Source: Botryllus schlosseri
Taxonomy: Eukaryota
Reading direction: 5' to 3'
Length of the DNA: 64,000 bases
NCBI GenBank assembly: GCA_051294905.1
Contig: CM119373.1
Coordinates: 2,978,001 to 3,042,000 of the forward strand
The notes beneath the pieces are model-generated. The model ran no database searches and was not told where the DNA came from. It saw nothing but the letters and a program-made list of their open reading frames with translations. Numbering within the stretch: position 1 is the stretch's first letter; each line of letters begins with the position of its first letter. This document shows positions 12,688 through 23,869 of this stretch, one piece after another. Position numbers and translations under genes: made by a program.

Positions 12688-15600
12688 GGATAACACCAGT
12701 GCTATGGACAAATCTTTGGATAGGGTGTTAGAACATGATTCTTTGGTTTTTTCGTTAGCTTTATCAACTAATTGGTTTGCGATTGTGAGTGTGAATGGTT
12801 TTTCGATCAAGTTTCTTATTGACACGGGCATTGCGATTACAGTTATCGATATTTCTGTGTGGGAGGATATGCCTAACAAAGGTGAGCTGTTTCCGTATGA
12901 GAAGTCGTATAAAGTTGCCAATGGTGGATGGCTGAACGTGTTAGGTGGGAGTAAAGTGGAAATATGCATTGAGTCTGTGTGTGTTGTCAAGGAAGTGGTT
13001 GTTGCGGAGCTCGGCGCCGCTGTTGGGATTTTGGGTTATGATTATTTTAAAGAGTATGATTGTGTGTTGTATGCAAAAGACGAATGCATGGAAGTGTTGG
13101 GCCAAAGGGTCAATCTTAAACCGTCCGCTCCATCAGTGCCCTGCTGTAGAATCTTTTTGGATAGTGATGTAGCTATATCTGGGTACAGTGAGACGATAAT
13201 ATTTGGTAAACTTAATGAGACTTGGCCCCAGTTGGATGGAATTGCGGTTATTTTCGAACCTTCAGGCAATTTCGTGAGTGAATATGAGTCGAGCGGTCTG
13301 TATTTGGTCCCTGGATTGGTAGACCCAGAATTGGATAGGATACCCTTGCTGTTGGTTAATTCTGGCGGTGAGGACATTATTTTGCCAGCTGCCTTGTTAC
13401 TGGGAGTTTTGTGTCCGCAAGAGTGTCAGCCTGTGGAATTTTGCTGTCCCACGCTTGTTCAGGATGTCCCTCATTATTCTGGATCTCTACCTGAGCATCT
13501 GGAGTGTCTGGTAGACGGTGTGGAAGGTCTCTCTGATTTCCATCAAGAATCATTGCGGAACCTCCTGATTGAATTTCAGGATGTTTTCTGTGGCCCAGAT
13601 GGTCGCTTGGGTCGTACTTCTGTGATCAAGCACAAAATTGTGACTTCCTCGTCTAAACCAATCAAAGTGCCTCCGCGACGGTTGGGCTGGGCCAAGCGAA
13701 AGATATTGGACGCGGAGATTGATAAGATGCTGGATCAGGATGTTATTGAGCAATCGGACTCCCCATACAATACACCGTTGTTGTTGGTACCTAAGAAAGA
13801 TGGGTCATCTCGTGTTGTTTTGGATTTTCGAAAACTGAACGAAGTTACAGTGAAAGACGCCTATAGCCTGCCAAGGATTGATGACATTTTGGACTCGCTC
13901 GGTAATTCCACTTGGTTTTCTGTTTTCGATTTAGCCAGTGGTTTCTGGCAGGTGGAGATTGATGAGAAGGATCGCCACAAAACTGCTTTCAGCCTTCCTG
14001 GGAGAGACCATTACCAGTTCAAGGTTATGGCTTTTGGATTGGCCAACTCGCCACCTTTGTTTCAAAGATTGATGGAAAAAGTTCTTGCTGGGATTTTATA
14101 CAAGAAAGCTCTGGTATTCATTGATGATGTCATGGTATATGCCGGGAGTTTCGAAGAGGAAATTGCAAATTTGAGGGATGTTTTCCTCAGGATTCGTTCT
14201 GCAGGACTGAAATTTAAACCGTCCAAGTGCAAATTGTTCAGAAAGTCGGTGGAGTATTTGGGCCATGTTATCACGTCGAACGGTGTTTTGTGCTGTGAAG
14301 AGAAAGTGAATGCGATCAAGGAGTGGCCAGTGCCTTGTAAATTGAAGGATTTGCAGGCATTTTTGGGCACGGCAAATTATTACCGACAGTTTGTGCCGTT
14401 TTTTGCATCGGTGGCCAAACCGTTGCTGCGGCTCACTAAGAAAGGTGTCAACTTCAAATGGGATGAACAGTGTCAGATGGCATTTGATCAATTGAAAACA
14501 AAACTGACCTCAGCTCCTATATTGGCGTTTCCTTTGGAGGATGGTGGTGCTTTTATATTGGATTCTGATTGTTCGGGTTTTGGTGCAGGAGCAGTGTTGT
14601 CACAGCTTCAAGATGGCAAAGAAAAGGTGATTGCATATGCAAGTAAATCTCTTTCAAAGGAACAGTCCAACTGGTGCGCTACTTTCCGAGAGCTGTATGC
14701 TTGTAGATGGGCAGTTGAACATTTCAAGACTTATCTCTGGGGTCGAAAATTCATTCTGCGGGTTGATCATGCTGCGCTTAAATGGCTGATGAATTTTCGC
14801 GAACCAGAAGGCCTGGTAGCACGTTGGATATCTTACTTGAATACGTATGATTTCACGGTCGAGCATAGGCCTGGGAAGCTTCATGGCAATGCGGATGGCT
14901 TGAGTCGCAGACCTCGGCGACGTTGCAATCGTGTAGAGTGTGGCTCATGTGCCCCATTTTTGCCTTCCGAAGGTGGGAAAATTGTATCTGCAATTGTTGC
15001 TGGTATTTCTGACGATAGGACTACTAATTGGTTGGGATCTTATACGTTATCTGACATCCGTCAAGCGCAAGCAGAAGACGCGGAACTTAATGTGGTCATA
15101 CAGTATAAAGAGAATCGTACGGACCGTCCCACATCTGAAGAATTGTTGTTTCAGCCGCATGTAGTGCGTCAGCTGTGTATGCAGTGGTCTGTGTTGTCGC
15201 TGTGTAATGGAGTGCTGTATAGAAAGTATTCGAAGGCAAAGCCTGGATGTCCCGTAACGTATCAACTGGTAGTGCCAAGATCATGGCGCAGGGAACTTTT
15301 CAATCACCTTCATACTCTTCGTACTGCCGGTCACCTTGGACGTGACAAGACTTACTGGAAGATGAGAGAACGCTACTACTGGCCCGGTATGAAACGCATG
15401 GTGGAGCACTGGGTAAAATTTTGCAAGACTTGTACGGCTACAAAGTCACCTCATGGTATTCACCAAGCTGCTTTGTGCAAGATGCTTTGTGCTGAACCTT
15501 TAGATAGAGTGTCGCTTGATTTTGTTGGGCCATTGCCTGAGACTGACGAGGGGTATTTGCACATGTTGGTACTTACTGATTACTTTTCGAAATGGGTTGA

Positions 15601-16507
15601 AGTGTATCCGATGCGTGTTAAATCTGCTCAAAATACTGCAGAAATTCTGGTGTCCCAATTTTTCACAAAATATGGGTGCCCACGAATAATTCATACTGAC
15701 CAAGGGGGACAATTCGAAGGGGAACTTTTTCAGCACATGTGTTTGCTCTTTGATATTAGGAAGACTCGTACCACCCCCTATCATCCCCGTTCGGATGGAC
15801 TCTGTGAGCGTATGAACAGAACGCTGCAGCAAATGCTCACTAGTTTTGTTGATGATTCTCGGTCTGATTGGGCTGACCATTTGCCCTATATTTTGATGGC
15901 TTATCGCTCAACAGTTCATCATTCGACTGGTTATACCCCAAATCGCCTGTTTCTGGGTCGTGAAATATCACTTCCTACTGATATCATGTATGGTCGGCCC
16001 CCCAGTAATGACAGTGCTAAATGCTATGTGGATTATGTCAATTGGTTTCGTGATGCTTGTTCAGATGCTTTTACTTTTGCTCGGGAACGTCTATCCAAGT
16101 CTGCAGTGAGGCAGAAACGTGATTTTGATAGTGCGGTGAGACCGCTGGCTTTTGCCGTGGGTGACTATTGTTGGTATTTCTATCCTCCTAGAAAGAGAAA
16201 ATTGTCCTCTGGATGGTCAGGACCCTATGTAATTGTTGAGCAAATTTCAGAGTGTGTTTACCGCATACAGAAAGTTGGAACTCAAAATTTTCGCAAGTCT
16301 CATGTTGATTACCTGATGCCTTATGATCGTGACGATGGGGAAAGTAGTGATGTTGGTGTTTTTGAACCAGTGATTGCTGATGTTTCTGATCATGGTGATG
16401 AGATTTTTGATATTGTGAATGACCAGGACGTTCCTGAAACTGCATACACTACAAGGTCGAAACGTTTTGTTAGGCGTCCCAGGTATTTGTTGGATTATGA
16501 GTCATGA
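12647..16507 (+). CDS. pol: Pol polyprotein (aspartic protease, reverse transcriptase, RNase H, integrase); first ATG at 12704, probably made as a Gag-Pol fusion
   Basis: FLIDTG protease motif; RT motifs DLASGFWQ and FIDD; RNase H LDSD...RELYA; integrase HHCC (H..AGHLG...CKTC), D-D-E (LDFVG, HTDQG, CERMN) and GPY motif; 1267-aa uninterrupted ORF. Confidence 0.97.
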   Translation, partial: FKPLVADHWSSDTADNTSAMDKSLDRVLEHDSLVFSLALSTNWFAIVSVNGFSIKFLIDTGIAITVIDISVWEDMPNKGELFPYEKSYKVANGGWLNVLGGSKVEICIESVCVVKEVVVAELGAAVGILGYDYFKEYDCVLYAKDECMEVLGQRVNLKPSAPSVPCCRIFLDSDVAISGYSETIIFGKLNETWPQLDGIAVIFEPSGNFVSEYESSGLYLVPGLVDPELDRIPLLLVNSGGEDIILPAALLLGVLCPQECQPVEFCCPTLVQDVPHYSGSLPEHLECLVDGVEGLSDFHQESLRNLLIEFQDVFCGPDGRLGRTSVIKHKIVTSSSKPIKVPPRRLGWAKRKILDAEIDKMLDQDVIEQSDSPYNTPLLLVPKKDGSSRVVLDFRKLNEVTVKDAYSLPRIDDILDSLGNSTWFSVFDLASGFWQVEIDEKDRHKTAFSLPGRDHYQFKVMAFGLANSPPLFQRLMEKVLAGILYKKALVFIDDVMVYAGSFEEEIANLRDVFLRIRSAGLKFKPSKCKLFRKSVEYLGHVITSNGVLCCEEKVNAIKEWPVPCKLKDLQAFLGTANYYRQFVPFFASVAKPLLRLTKKGVNFKWDEQCQMAFDQLKTKLTSAPILAFPLEDGGAFILDSDCSGFGAGAVLSQLQDGKEKVIAYASKSLSKEQSNWCATFRELYACRWAVEHFKTYLWGRKFILRVDHAALKWLMNFREPEGLVARWISYLNTYDFTVEHRPGKLHGNADGLSRRPRRRCNRVECGSCAPFLPSEGGKIVSAIVAGISDDRTTNWLGSYTLSDIRQAQAEDAELNVVIQYKENRTDRPTSEELLFQPHVVRQLCMQWSVLSLCNGVLYRKYSKAKPGCPVTYQLVVPRSWRRELFNHLHTLRTAGHLGRDKTYWKMRERYYWPGMKRMVEHWVKFCKTCTATKSPHGIHQAALCKMLCAEPLDRVSLDFVGPLPETDEGYLHMLVLTDYFSKWVEVYPMRVKSAQNTAEILVSQFFTKYGCPRIIHTDQGGQFEGELFQHMCLLFDIRKTRTTPYHPRSDGLCERMNRTLQQMLTSFVDDSRSDWADHLPYILMAYRSTVHHSTGYTPNRLFLGREISLPTDIMYGRPPSNDSAKCYVDYVNWFRDACSDAFTFARERLSKSAVRQKRDFDSAVRPLAFAVGDYCWYFYPPRKRKLSSGWSGPYVIVEQISECVYRIQKVGTQNFRKSHVDYLMPYDRDDGESSDVGVFEPVIADVSDHGDEIFDIVNDQDVPETAYTTRSKRFVRRPRYLLDYES

Positions 16508-16587
16508 TTACTGTTTGTTTTGATAATTTTTGTTAGTTTTTGATTTGACGTGAGAGTGAATTTTTATTATGTAATTCCCTCTATTTT

Positions 16588-16599
16588 GGGGGGGAGCAG
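16588..16599 (+). promoter_or_regulatory. Polypurine tract
   Basis: GGGGGGGAGCAG immediately before the 3' LTR. Confidence 0.85.
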
Positions 16600-16836
16600 T
16601 GTGACAGCCCACCCATTATGGGTGTATGTGATGATTGTTAGTTACTATTGTGATGGTACTGTTATTTCTAGGGCCGCCAAGTGTCTAGCTCCGACTCCGT
16701 TAAATGGACACTTGGTGGACCTATAACAATGCATGCCCTTCTTGTCGGAACTTGCTGCCGTGAGGACGCGGAAATAAAGCTGTCTGAAAACCATTGTGAA
16801 TCTCTTTACATCGACTATATTAGGAGGTCTTCCACA
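16600..16836 (+). repeat. 3' LTR
   Basis: Direct repeat of 10938-11174. Confidence 0.95.
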
Positions 16837-17271
16837 ATTAGATGTCGCCAGGGCTGTGGAGTCAGTCAATTTCACCACAGACTCCGGCTCTGACTGCACA
16901 TGTGTATGAGTCAGCAACTATACAGAGAATGAACTTACTAATTTTCTAATTACACACTATACTGATTACAAGCACACACACTCTTACTTACTAATTGACA
17001 TTGGTCATTGATGAAATTCAGTTATTAGTCAAATACCACAGCCTATGTCTAGTCTACATTTAATTATTCTCAGGTATTCCAGGACTGGTACTTGCAGTCT
17101 TTCTTCATCATTTGTTCGACCCAAACAGCTAAGCTACACTACAAATATTTTTAATTTTGTCAAGTGGGAAGCATCGTTTGGTTATATTTACATCAATTTT
17201 ACAAAACCAGCCGATGCATTTGCTCTGTCACGGTATCATGGTATAATTCCAAAAATTGCATGAATTTTGAC

Positions 17272-18552
17272 TAGAGCCCGACCGATTATCGGCTCGCCGA
17301 TAATATCGAGTCGATATCACGCTTGGAGAGAAATATCGGTATCGGCCATTGAAGTTTAAAAAATATCGGCCATTTTCGTGACGTCACAACATGGTGGCAG
17401 GGAGTCAGAGAAGTCGATAGAAGACGTGAGGACGGTAAATTATAAAAATAAATGGCTAAGCTACATAGTGCATATAGTGCATACTGCATACAGGGCAGTA
17501 GGTGTGCCTATCTGAAAAATATCATAGATTACTAACCACCGTTATGCCCCACTGACTTCGTGGGAATCCCCCTGCAGTAATCGATCACTAAAGACAAAAA
17601 GCAGCTGGATGGATACTGGATAGTTGTCTTCAGAAGATTGTAATCAGTAAGAGAAATGAGAACTTCAATCATGCTGGACTGACCCTCGTGATGATAGAGA
17701 AAAGCGTCGCGTCGAAACATTTCTCTGAAGATAGTGCTATTGGTTCGGTACCAACAGAGATAATTATACCAGTAATGCATGACTGAAGCCTGCGGGCCCA
17801 CCATGACAGGAAATATGCGAGCATAGAGGGCAAGAAAATCAAGCAAACGTGGAGTAAAGCCAATAATTTAAACGAAAATTTTTGATTCCGTGATGACATT
17901 GGCCAATTCTGACGAAAGAGCGTGAAATATTGATCAATTGATTGTTGAAATGCTGGTCATGATCAAGACCCAAGGGGGATGGGTGGAGCAGTTGCAGACG
18001 TTGACAATTTGAGTTGTTTTGCACATTCTCTTCAGCTATTTGTTAATGATGTGCTGAAGGCTTCAGGTGCACTGCCAAAAGAATATCAATATTAATATCA
18101 ATATTTGGTGAAACCATAGAAGGAAAGATCCTCTGCAAGGGAGCGGTGGAACCGAAATGAAGAAAGATTTCCAATTCTTGCTGTGCCACTAGCTATGGTA
18201 CCAAGTGTCAGACTGCTCACTGTGTTTAGTACTATACACCATTTGTGGATGACCACAGAGGTTCAGTCCTTGGAGAAAGGCCCGAGAAATTGTGCTTCGT
18301 GAACTGTAATCTGCAACTGCTGGATTGGTGCTTTTGATATATTTTTACAGCCCCAAGATCATTTCTTTCATGTTCAAGCATATCAATGGCTGTAAAGTTG
18401 TTTAAATAAATGCTCTGAGGTGTTAGATATGGGCCTTGAGCTAGATTCCATATCTTTTGAATATCGGCTGAATATATCGGGGTTATCGGTGGAGGTACTG
18501 GATATCGGTCTTATCGGTATCGGCTCAGAAATCCAATATCGGTCGGGCTCTA
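17272..18552 (+). mobile_element. Internally deleted hAT element with transposase C-terminal remnant
   Basis: TIR TAGAGCCCGACCGAT / ATCGGTCGGGCTCTA; ATATCGG repeats; 8-bp TSD ATTTTGAC; degenerate dimerisation-domain peptides WNRNEERFPILA and EKLCFVNCNLQLLDW near 18145-18330. Confidence 0.88.
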
Positions 18553-20152
18553 ATTTTGACTGCATCGCGAAAATGCATATTGCGATTTTCTTCCTATATG
18601 CAACTGAATTATAATTTGCAAGTAATTTCTAATTTCATCAATATCAGGGGTGGCCAACTTTTTCGGCCAAAGGGACACGTGAGATTTAAAAACCATTGCG
18701 CGGGTAACTGGAATGTTGATAACCTTTTTTTAGTCGTCCTATAAGAGCAAACCGAATTGGGTAACGTTGCAAACAATACTTATATTACTACGCTCTAAAA
18801 TTGATAACAATGAGGTCATGCAACTGTGCAGTGTGCAAATATGCCCTGGTCGCGCCAAGCGCGAAATTTTTTCAAAGGTAATGACTGAATTCTATCAATA
18901 AATATGTTACTAGCAAATATTGGAGGTCACATCTGTATACCACTGGGCTCATCTGGCAAGGATAGGTTCATTCGACGTTTAGAAATAGCAATATCGACGG
19001 TTTCGGTGAACATGCCTCTATCATTTTGTGCAAATATTTCTCCCAATTGCGAAAATAGTGAGACTCAATTCTATAAATAACGTGTAGGCCTATTTATAGT
19101 TTTCAAAAGGGGCGCCAATACCGAATGTAAGAAATCTAGTGACAATAAATCATGCGAAATGCTGATATTAATTTCAAGTCGATATATCTGCTATGAAATA
19201 TTCTACTTTATGGTCATATACGAAGATCTGCGATAAATGTGGCTGGCCCGCGGATACGCCAATGCGTCAGAACTGATGTTTTAGTCATCATCAAATTTCG
19301 CGGTCAGGCTAATCAAATTTTGGTTAGCCTTGCAATTTTACCTGATGTTATAGATAATTTCGAGAATTACCTCGCATGCCACACAAAAGCTTCTCATGGT
19401 CTTCAATTTGGCCTGCGTGCCACGGGAGTAGTATAGTCGATCGCTCTGGGGGTGGCAGGGGTTCTTATGGCGGGGTGGCGATTCGCCTGGAAACCCGGGG
19501 TGGCGAATCGCCTCTTATCTCTTATGGCGGGGCCGCGATTCGCCATGTGTTCTTATGGGTGCGGTCGTGATTCGCCTTTTCGGGTAAAGGCCGCGGTCGT
19601 GATTCGTCGTGAAAACTCGTGGTCGTGACTCGCCTTTTTTGCTATAGGCGGTGGCGGCGATTCGCCCGTCGCACTTTCAGACATCTCTCGCGTGGTGTTG
19701 AATATGTACGAGTCACCAACAATAACCGCGCGGACGGAAACGTGGCTTGTTGTGAGGATTAAGCAGTGCGACCTATATTTCGAATGACCTGCGCGCTGAA
19801 TTGTTTCCGTGCAGTTGTGTGCTACTATCGATTATTACACTAGACCGGTCAGTGTGAAATAGTTTGATCGTAAATTATGATATATGATGTCGTAGTTTAG
19901 TCGTGTCAAATGACCGATCGTGTTCTCTTTTCTCGCTATTGATTGCTACCTGAATAATACTTTCGGCTTATTCACACCGCTGTTTCGCGCCTACAGAATA
20001 GTCTGCTGTTCACAGTCACAACTTCATCGCGATAGCACAATTTTCACACCTCGATCAGTAGAACAACACCGCACTAACCCAGTTGTCGAATCACATAGGT
20101 CATACATTTTACGCGAAATGAAATATTGTATTGTGGTATACAAATAGGCAAA

Positions 20153-20788
20153 CTATTCTTTCAATTCGACAAGTCTAGTTGACGAATCGATTTTCAAGCT
20201 ACCGACACAGTTTTTAACACGAGTGAGTTGATATTTCTTCCCGGGTACGAGCGAGGCTTTGTTCCATTGATCCAAAACCACCTCACCAGTATCATCCTTC
20301 AATGTAAAACTGTGTAATTTCAACTCCTTTCCGGCACCAGAATTGACCATCTTCTCCTCTCGAGAAACACAAGTAGCGGCGATCGAGACGTATTCATCTT
20401 TATTTCCGTATACCGATTCACAGGTCAATAATGGGTATTCTTCAGTCGTATGTCTCGATTTTCCATGTATGGTTACTGACGAAGCCCGTCCCAGTAATAC
20501 AGCAGGTTTTCCAGTAAATTTGTCAATTTGGATCCAACCGGATTTGACCATGAGTTTTTTTCGTCTGGAGAATGCTTTCTCAACGACCCCGAACAATTCA
20601 CGATTGAAACACGTGAAAGATATCTCTTCGTTATTACCGTCGATGAATATACCTTTGATATATTGACTAACGCTACCTCTTTTGGGTGATGAGACGAATT
20701 TGACGCCGACGTGAAAATTTGAAGCGGCTCCGACTTGCATACTGCTGACGCTGTTCGATGTCATATCGTTTGGTAAAGTGAGAGTCAT
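20153..20788 (-). CDS. Tandem OB-fold ssDNA-binding protein, RPA-like (left-arm copy)
   Basis: 211-aa ATG-started ORF with two OB-like repeats: FHVGVKFV...KGIFIDGNNEEISFTCFN and YVSIAATCV...FTLKDDTGEVVLDQWN...LVPGKKYQL. Confidence 0.75.
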   Translation of the reverse strand: MTLTLPNDMTSNSVSSMQVGAASNFHVGVKFVSSPKRGSVSQYIKGIFIDGNNEEISFTCFNRELFGVVEKAFSRRKKLMVKSGWIQIDKFTGKPAVLLGRASSVTIHGKSRHTTEEYPLLTCESVYGNKDEYVSIAATCVSREEKMVNSGAGKELKLHSFTLKDDTGEVVLDQWNKASLVPGKKYQLTRVKNCVGSLKIDSSTRLVELKE

Positions 20789-21243
20789 CAACAAGGTTTG
20801 AAACCTTACAACTCGATCAGTGATTTTTTATTCAACTGTGAAATAAGTTAATATTCTGTAAGACACAACAATTATTGCTCGGGTAATGTGACATTGAGAT
20901 TAACAAATTGTATATTGAGTATACGAGATTTGAATGTTTGACTAGTGATAGACTGAAAAATATCTCGCAAGAGAATCCATGTGTTATAATGCAGGCTATC
21001 GTTATACAAACAAATTCAATACGGAATACCTATTAACCAATTGGTCCACAACCCGAGATTCGAGTGTTCGATCAGTGCGCCATAAAAATTATTTTCATGC
21101 ATACCAACTCTTGCGCTGTGGTGAAGGGTGTTATGATATGAGTAAAGTTTTAATAAACACCAATATCAGCACCCTGATTGAGAAAAAACTTGATTCGTAT
21201 GTATGAAAAGTGTTTGATTGGGAATTTATCTATTTCTCACAAT

Positions 21244-21360
21244 CCCGCCACTGTTTTGAGGACTGGTGTTATATGATTATTAAATAATATTTCACAAACT
21301 CAAGCCGCTGTTTTGAGGACTGGTGTTATCTGATTATTAAATAATATTTCACAAACTCAA
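21244..21360 (+). repeat. Two-copy ~57-bp direct repeat inside the arm (mirrored at about 30549-30665)
   Basis: CTGTTTTGAGGACTGGTGTTAT.TGATTATTAAATAATATTTCACAAACTCAA occurs twice. Confidence 0.8.
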
Positions 21361-23869
21361 CCCTAATCGTAAGACTTGAGAGAAATCACGTATTCGCTTG
21401 ATGATAACACGCATGCGACAAAAAACATCACCGCGATTTTGTAAACTGATCATACTAATCAGGGTATTTACCATCACGCCTCTAGAATAGGATTGACTAC
21501 TAAAGGTAAATTAAGATAATCCAAAATGAAATATCTCAACTTTGACTTTGACTCTGAATTGAAATAGATTGACAAGCATAACTACCAACTTTCACCCACT
21601 CACATTTCGAAATTATACGCACATTGATTTGAAACAAGTAATGTAACATTACAACTCTACTCCCGATCCAGCTTTCCGTATGTCAAAGAGACATTTCAAC
21701 ATCTTACCATACTCAAAAGAATTATTCATAACATTAACAAGTGTTTAAAACCTAGTTTTCACTTACTTGACTATATCACTACAACTCGCAAACTTGAATT
21801 AATTCATCCTGGTGGTATTCGTATGACCGATAATTTTTATCCAACTGTAAAAGTCGTTACTAATCTATAACACAAAGTAATCACTACTCGGTGCATACGA
21901 CGAGATTTGAATACTCGGTCTATGATAGCAATTCGCACAAGTGAATCCAAGACATCGGGCTGTGAGAAATCTTCACGATGTTGTTATTGCCACATTGACC
22001 TACTGCCTTATCCAACGTACTCAAAGTAAAGTAGACACGATTTCAGTCATATACACAATCATTACAACTGTAAACTATACTAATCAATCTCGGTCGTATT
22101 CACATATCACAGACCTGTTTTTTTTTTATTCCTTCAGTAAAATGTAGTCGTATTAACCTGATGATAACGTGCACACACAAGAAACATCACCGCGATTTTA
22201 TAATTGATCACCCGACTTAGAGTACCAAAAAAAATTACCGGGATTTTTATAAACTAGCCATATTACTCAATACATCTATCAATATCAGAACGCAAGGTCC
22301 AATACCAAAAGAAAAGTACTTTTTTAGTTTAATAAAAATCAAATCATTCGTCTTCATCTTGTGAATTGTCACACACCCAACTAATATCATACCAAATAGT
22401 TATTTACAATAACCAAGACACAGGAAATTTGTTTTGGACGTTTCGATTTTTTTACTAGAGGTACTCATCACTTCGCTTAATACGATCTTGATTTAAACAC
22501 CATCGAACCTTTGGTGTCTATCGTTTTGCTGGATACGAATTATGTTAGTCTAACAATAAACAATTTTCACTATCTTGGGTTATGAACTCAGTGTGTTAGC
22601 GGTCATTCAATATTTTGTAGTGTCAACTAGTTACTTTGTAGGATACGAATGATCATCCCCACAACTCTTACAAAAGTACGAAAGATATTTACATCACACA
22701 AAGTAATCAACTTTACTTGATATTCTCACATTACGAAACTAAAGAATGGTCAGTTTGACTCTACAAACTGTTTCGTTACCTCAAGAACTTTATTGTCTGA
22801 ATGGTTGTTCATGTGTCTCAAGAACCAAATAGTTCAACACAGAACTAGTACTAACAGAAACATCAGAGTTGTTTACACAAAAGTTTGTATGTGTGCAGTA
22901 TGCGAATACCACGTGTAAGTCCAGCACAATTGCAGTATCCATCCGAGTTTAGTTAACACAAATTTATTACAACGGAGCCACGTAAACTTTCGTGAAAGAA
23001 AAGCATACTCACTTCTCGAGATTCTGTCAATGTCATAGCAATAAACCAGCTACTCCAACAACAGAGTACATACGTTTTCTAGTAACGACTCTCGAATCTT
23101 ACACACAGATCAATCTACTTTGCTAACGAAAAGCGCTGAGTCATCACATGATTATCCTCACAACAACCAGTACATGGAGCTGTATTAAAATGTTCCTATC
23201 CCTCTGCACACCAGTGACGAATTGTTTTGTGAATCGAGTTGTTGTTCCGCGTCAAGTCTCCATGTTGAAGCGTACAATAAACAGCGCAATCCAATTAAAA
23301 CCATGAATCTATTTTCATTTCCTCACAAACTGTCACATACAGAAAAATAAATTTAATTCCACCAAAAACATACTTGTAACCAATCGCTTTCATTAAACAC
23401 ACAACACCATAAAAGTATTTACTTTCTACAACATATACATTCCGATGTAGTCAAGAAATATTTTTATTAATCAAAATCATCGACTTCTGTTTACGGTGTT
23501 GGTGTGTGCATTTCATACATGTGGGGCCCGTATTAAAATGGACACGACACGACTGAATGTAAGGAGATAGAAGTCTATCGCATAGATTTACATGTGGTCT
23601 TCGCTACGGTTTCAAAAACGAATCATCTCTTTTGCATTGATCGAGACCGAACAAGTTAGTTACATGTATTCGCGGTCATGATTGTGTTTGTCATACGCGA
23701 ATGATAGGGTTACTGTCAAATCTACATACAACAACCTTCTGACACTCATAATAGTGTTTCCATTCTCTCCCTTCTTAATTGTAGATTCACGAAAAGTATA
23801 TTGTACAACTGGACAACTACGTTTAACAAGACCAACGACACTGAACACACACCTCTTACCCTAGTAACA

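Larger units (their letters stand above)
10938..16836 (+). mobile_element. Full-length Ty3/Gypsy LTR retrotransposon
   Basis: Two 237-bp TG...CA LTRs, 4-bp TSD ATTA (10934-10937 and 16837-16840), PBS, PPT, gag and pol in PR-RT-RH-IN order. Confidence 0.97.

Noticed and set aside
11253..16445. Numerous minus-strand and alternate-frame ORFs within gag/pol
   Set aside because: Shadow ORFs of the long coding frames with no recognisable motifs
20343..20666. 107-aa ORF antisense to the OB-fold gene (and mirror 31243-31566)
   Set aside because: Antisense shadow with a TTG start
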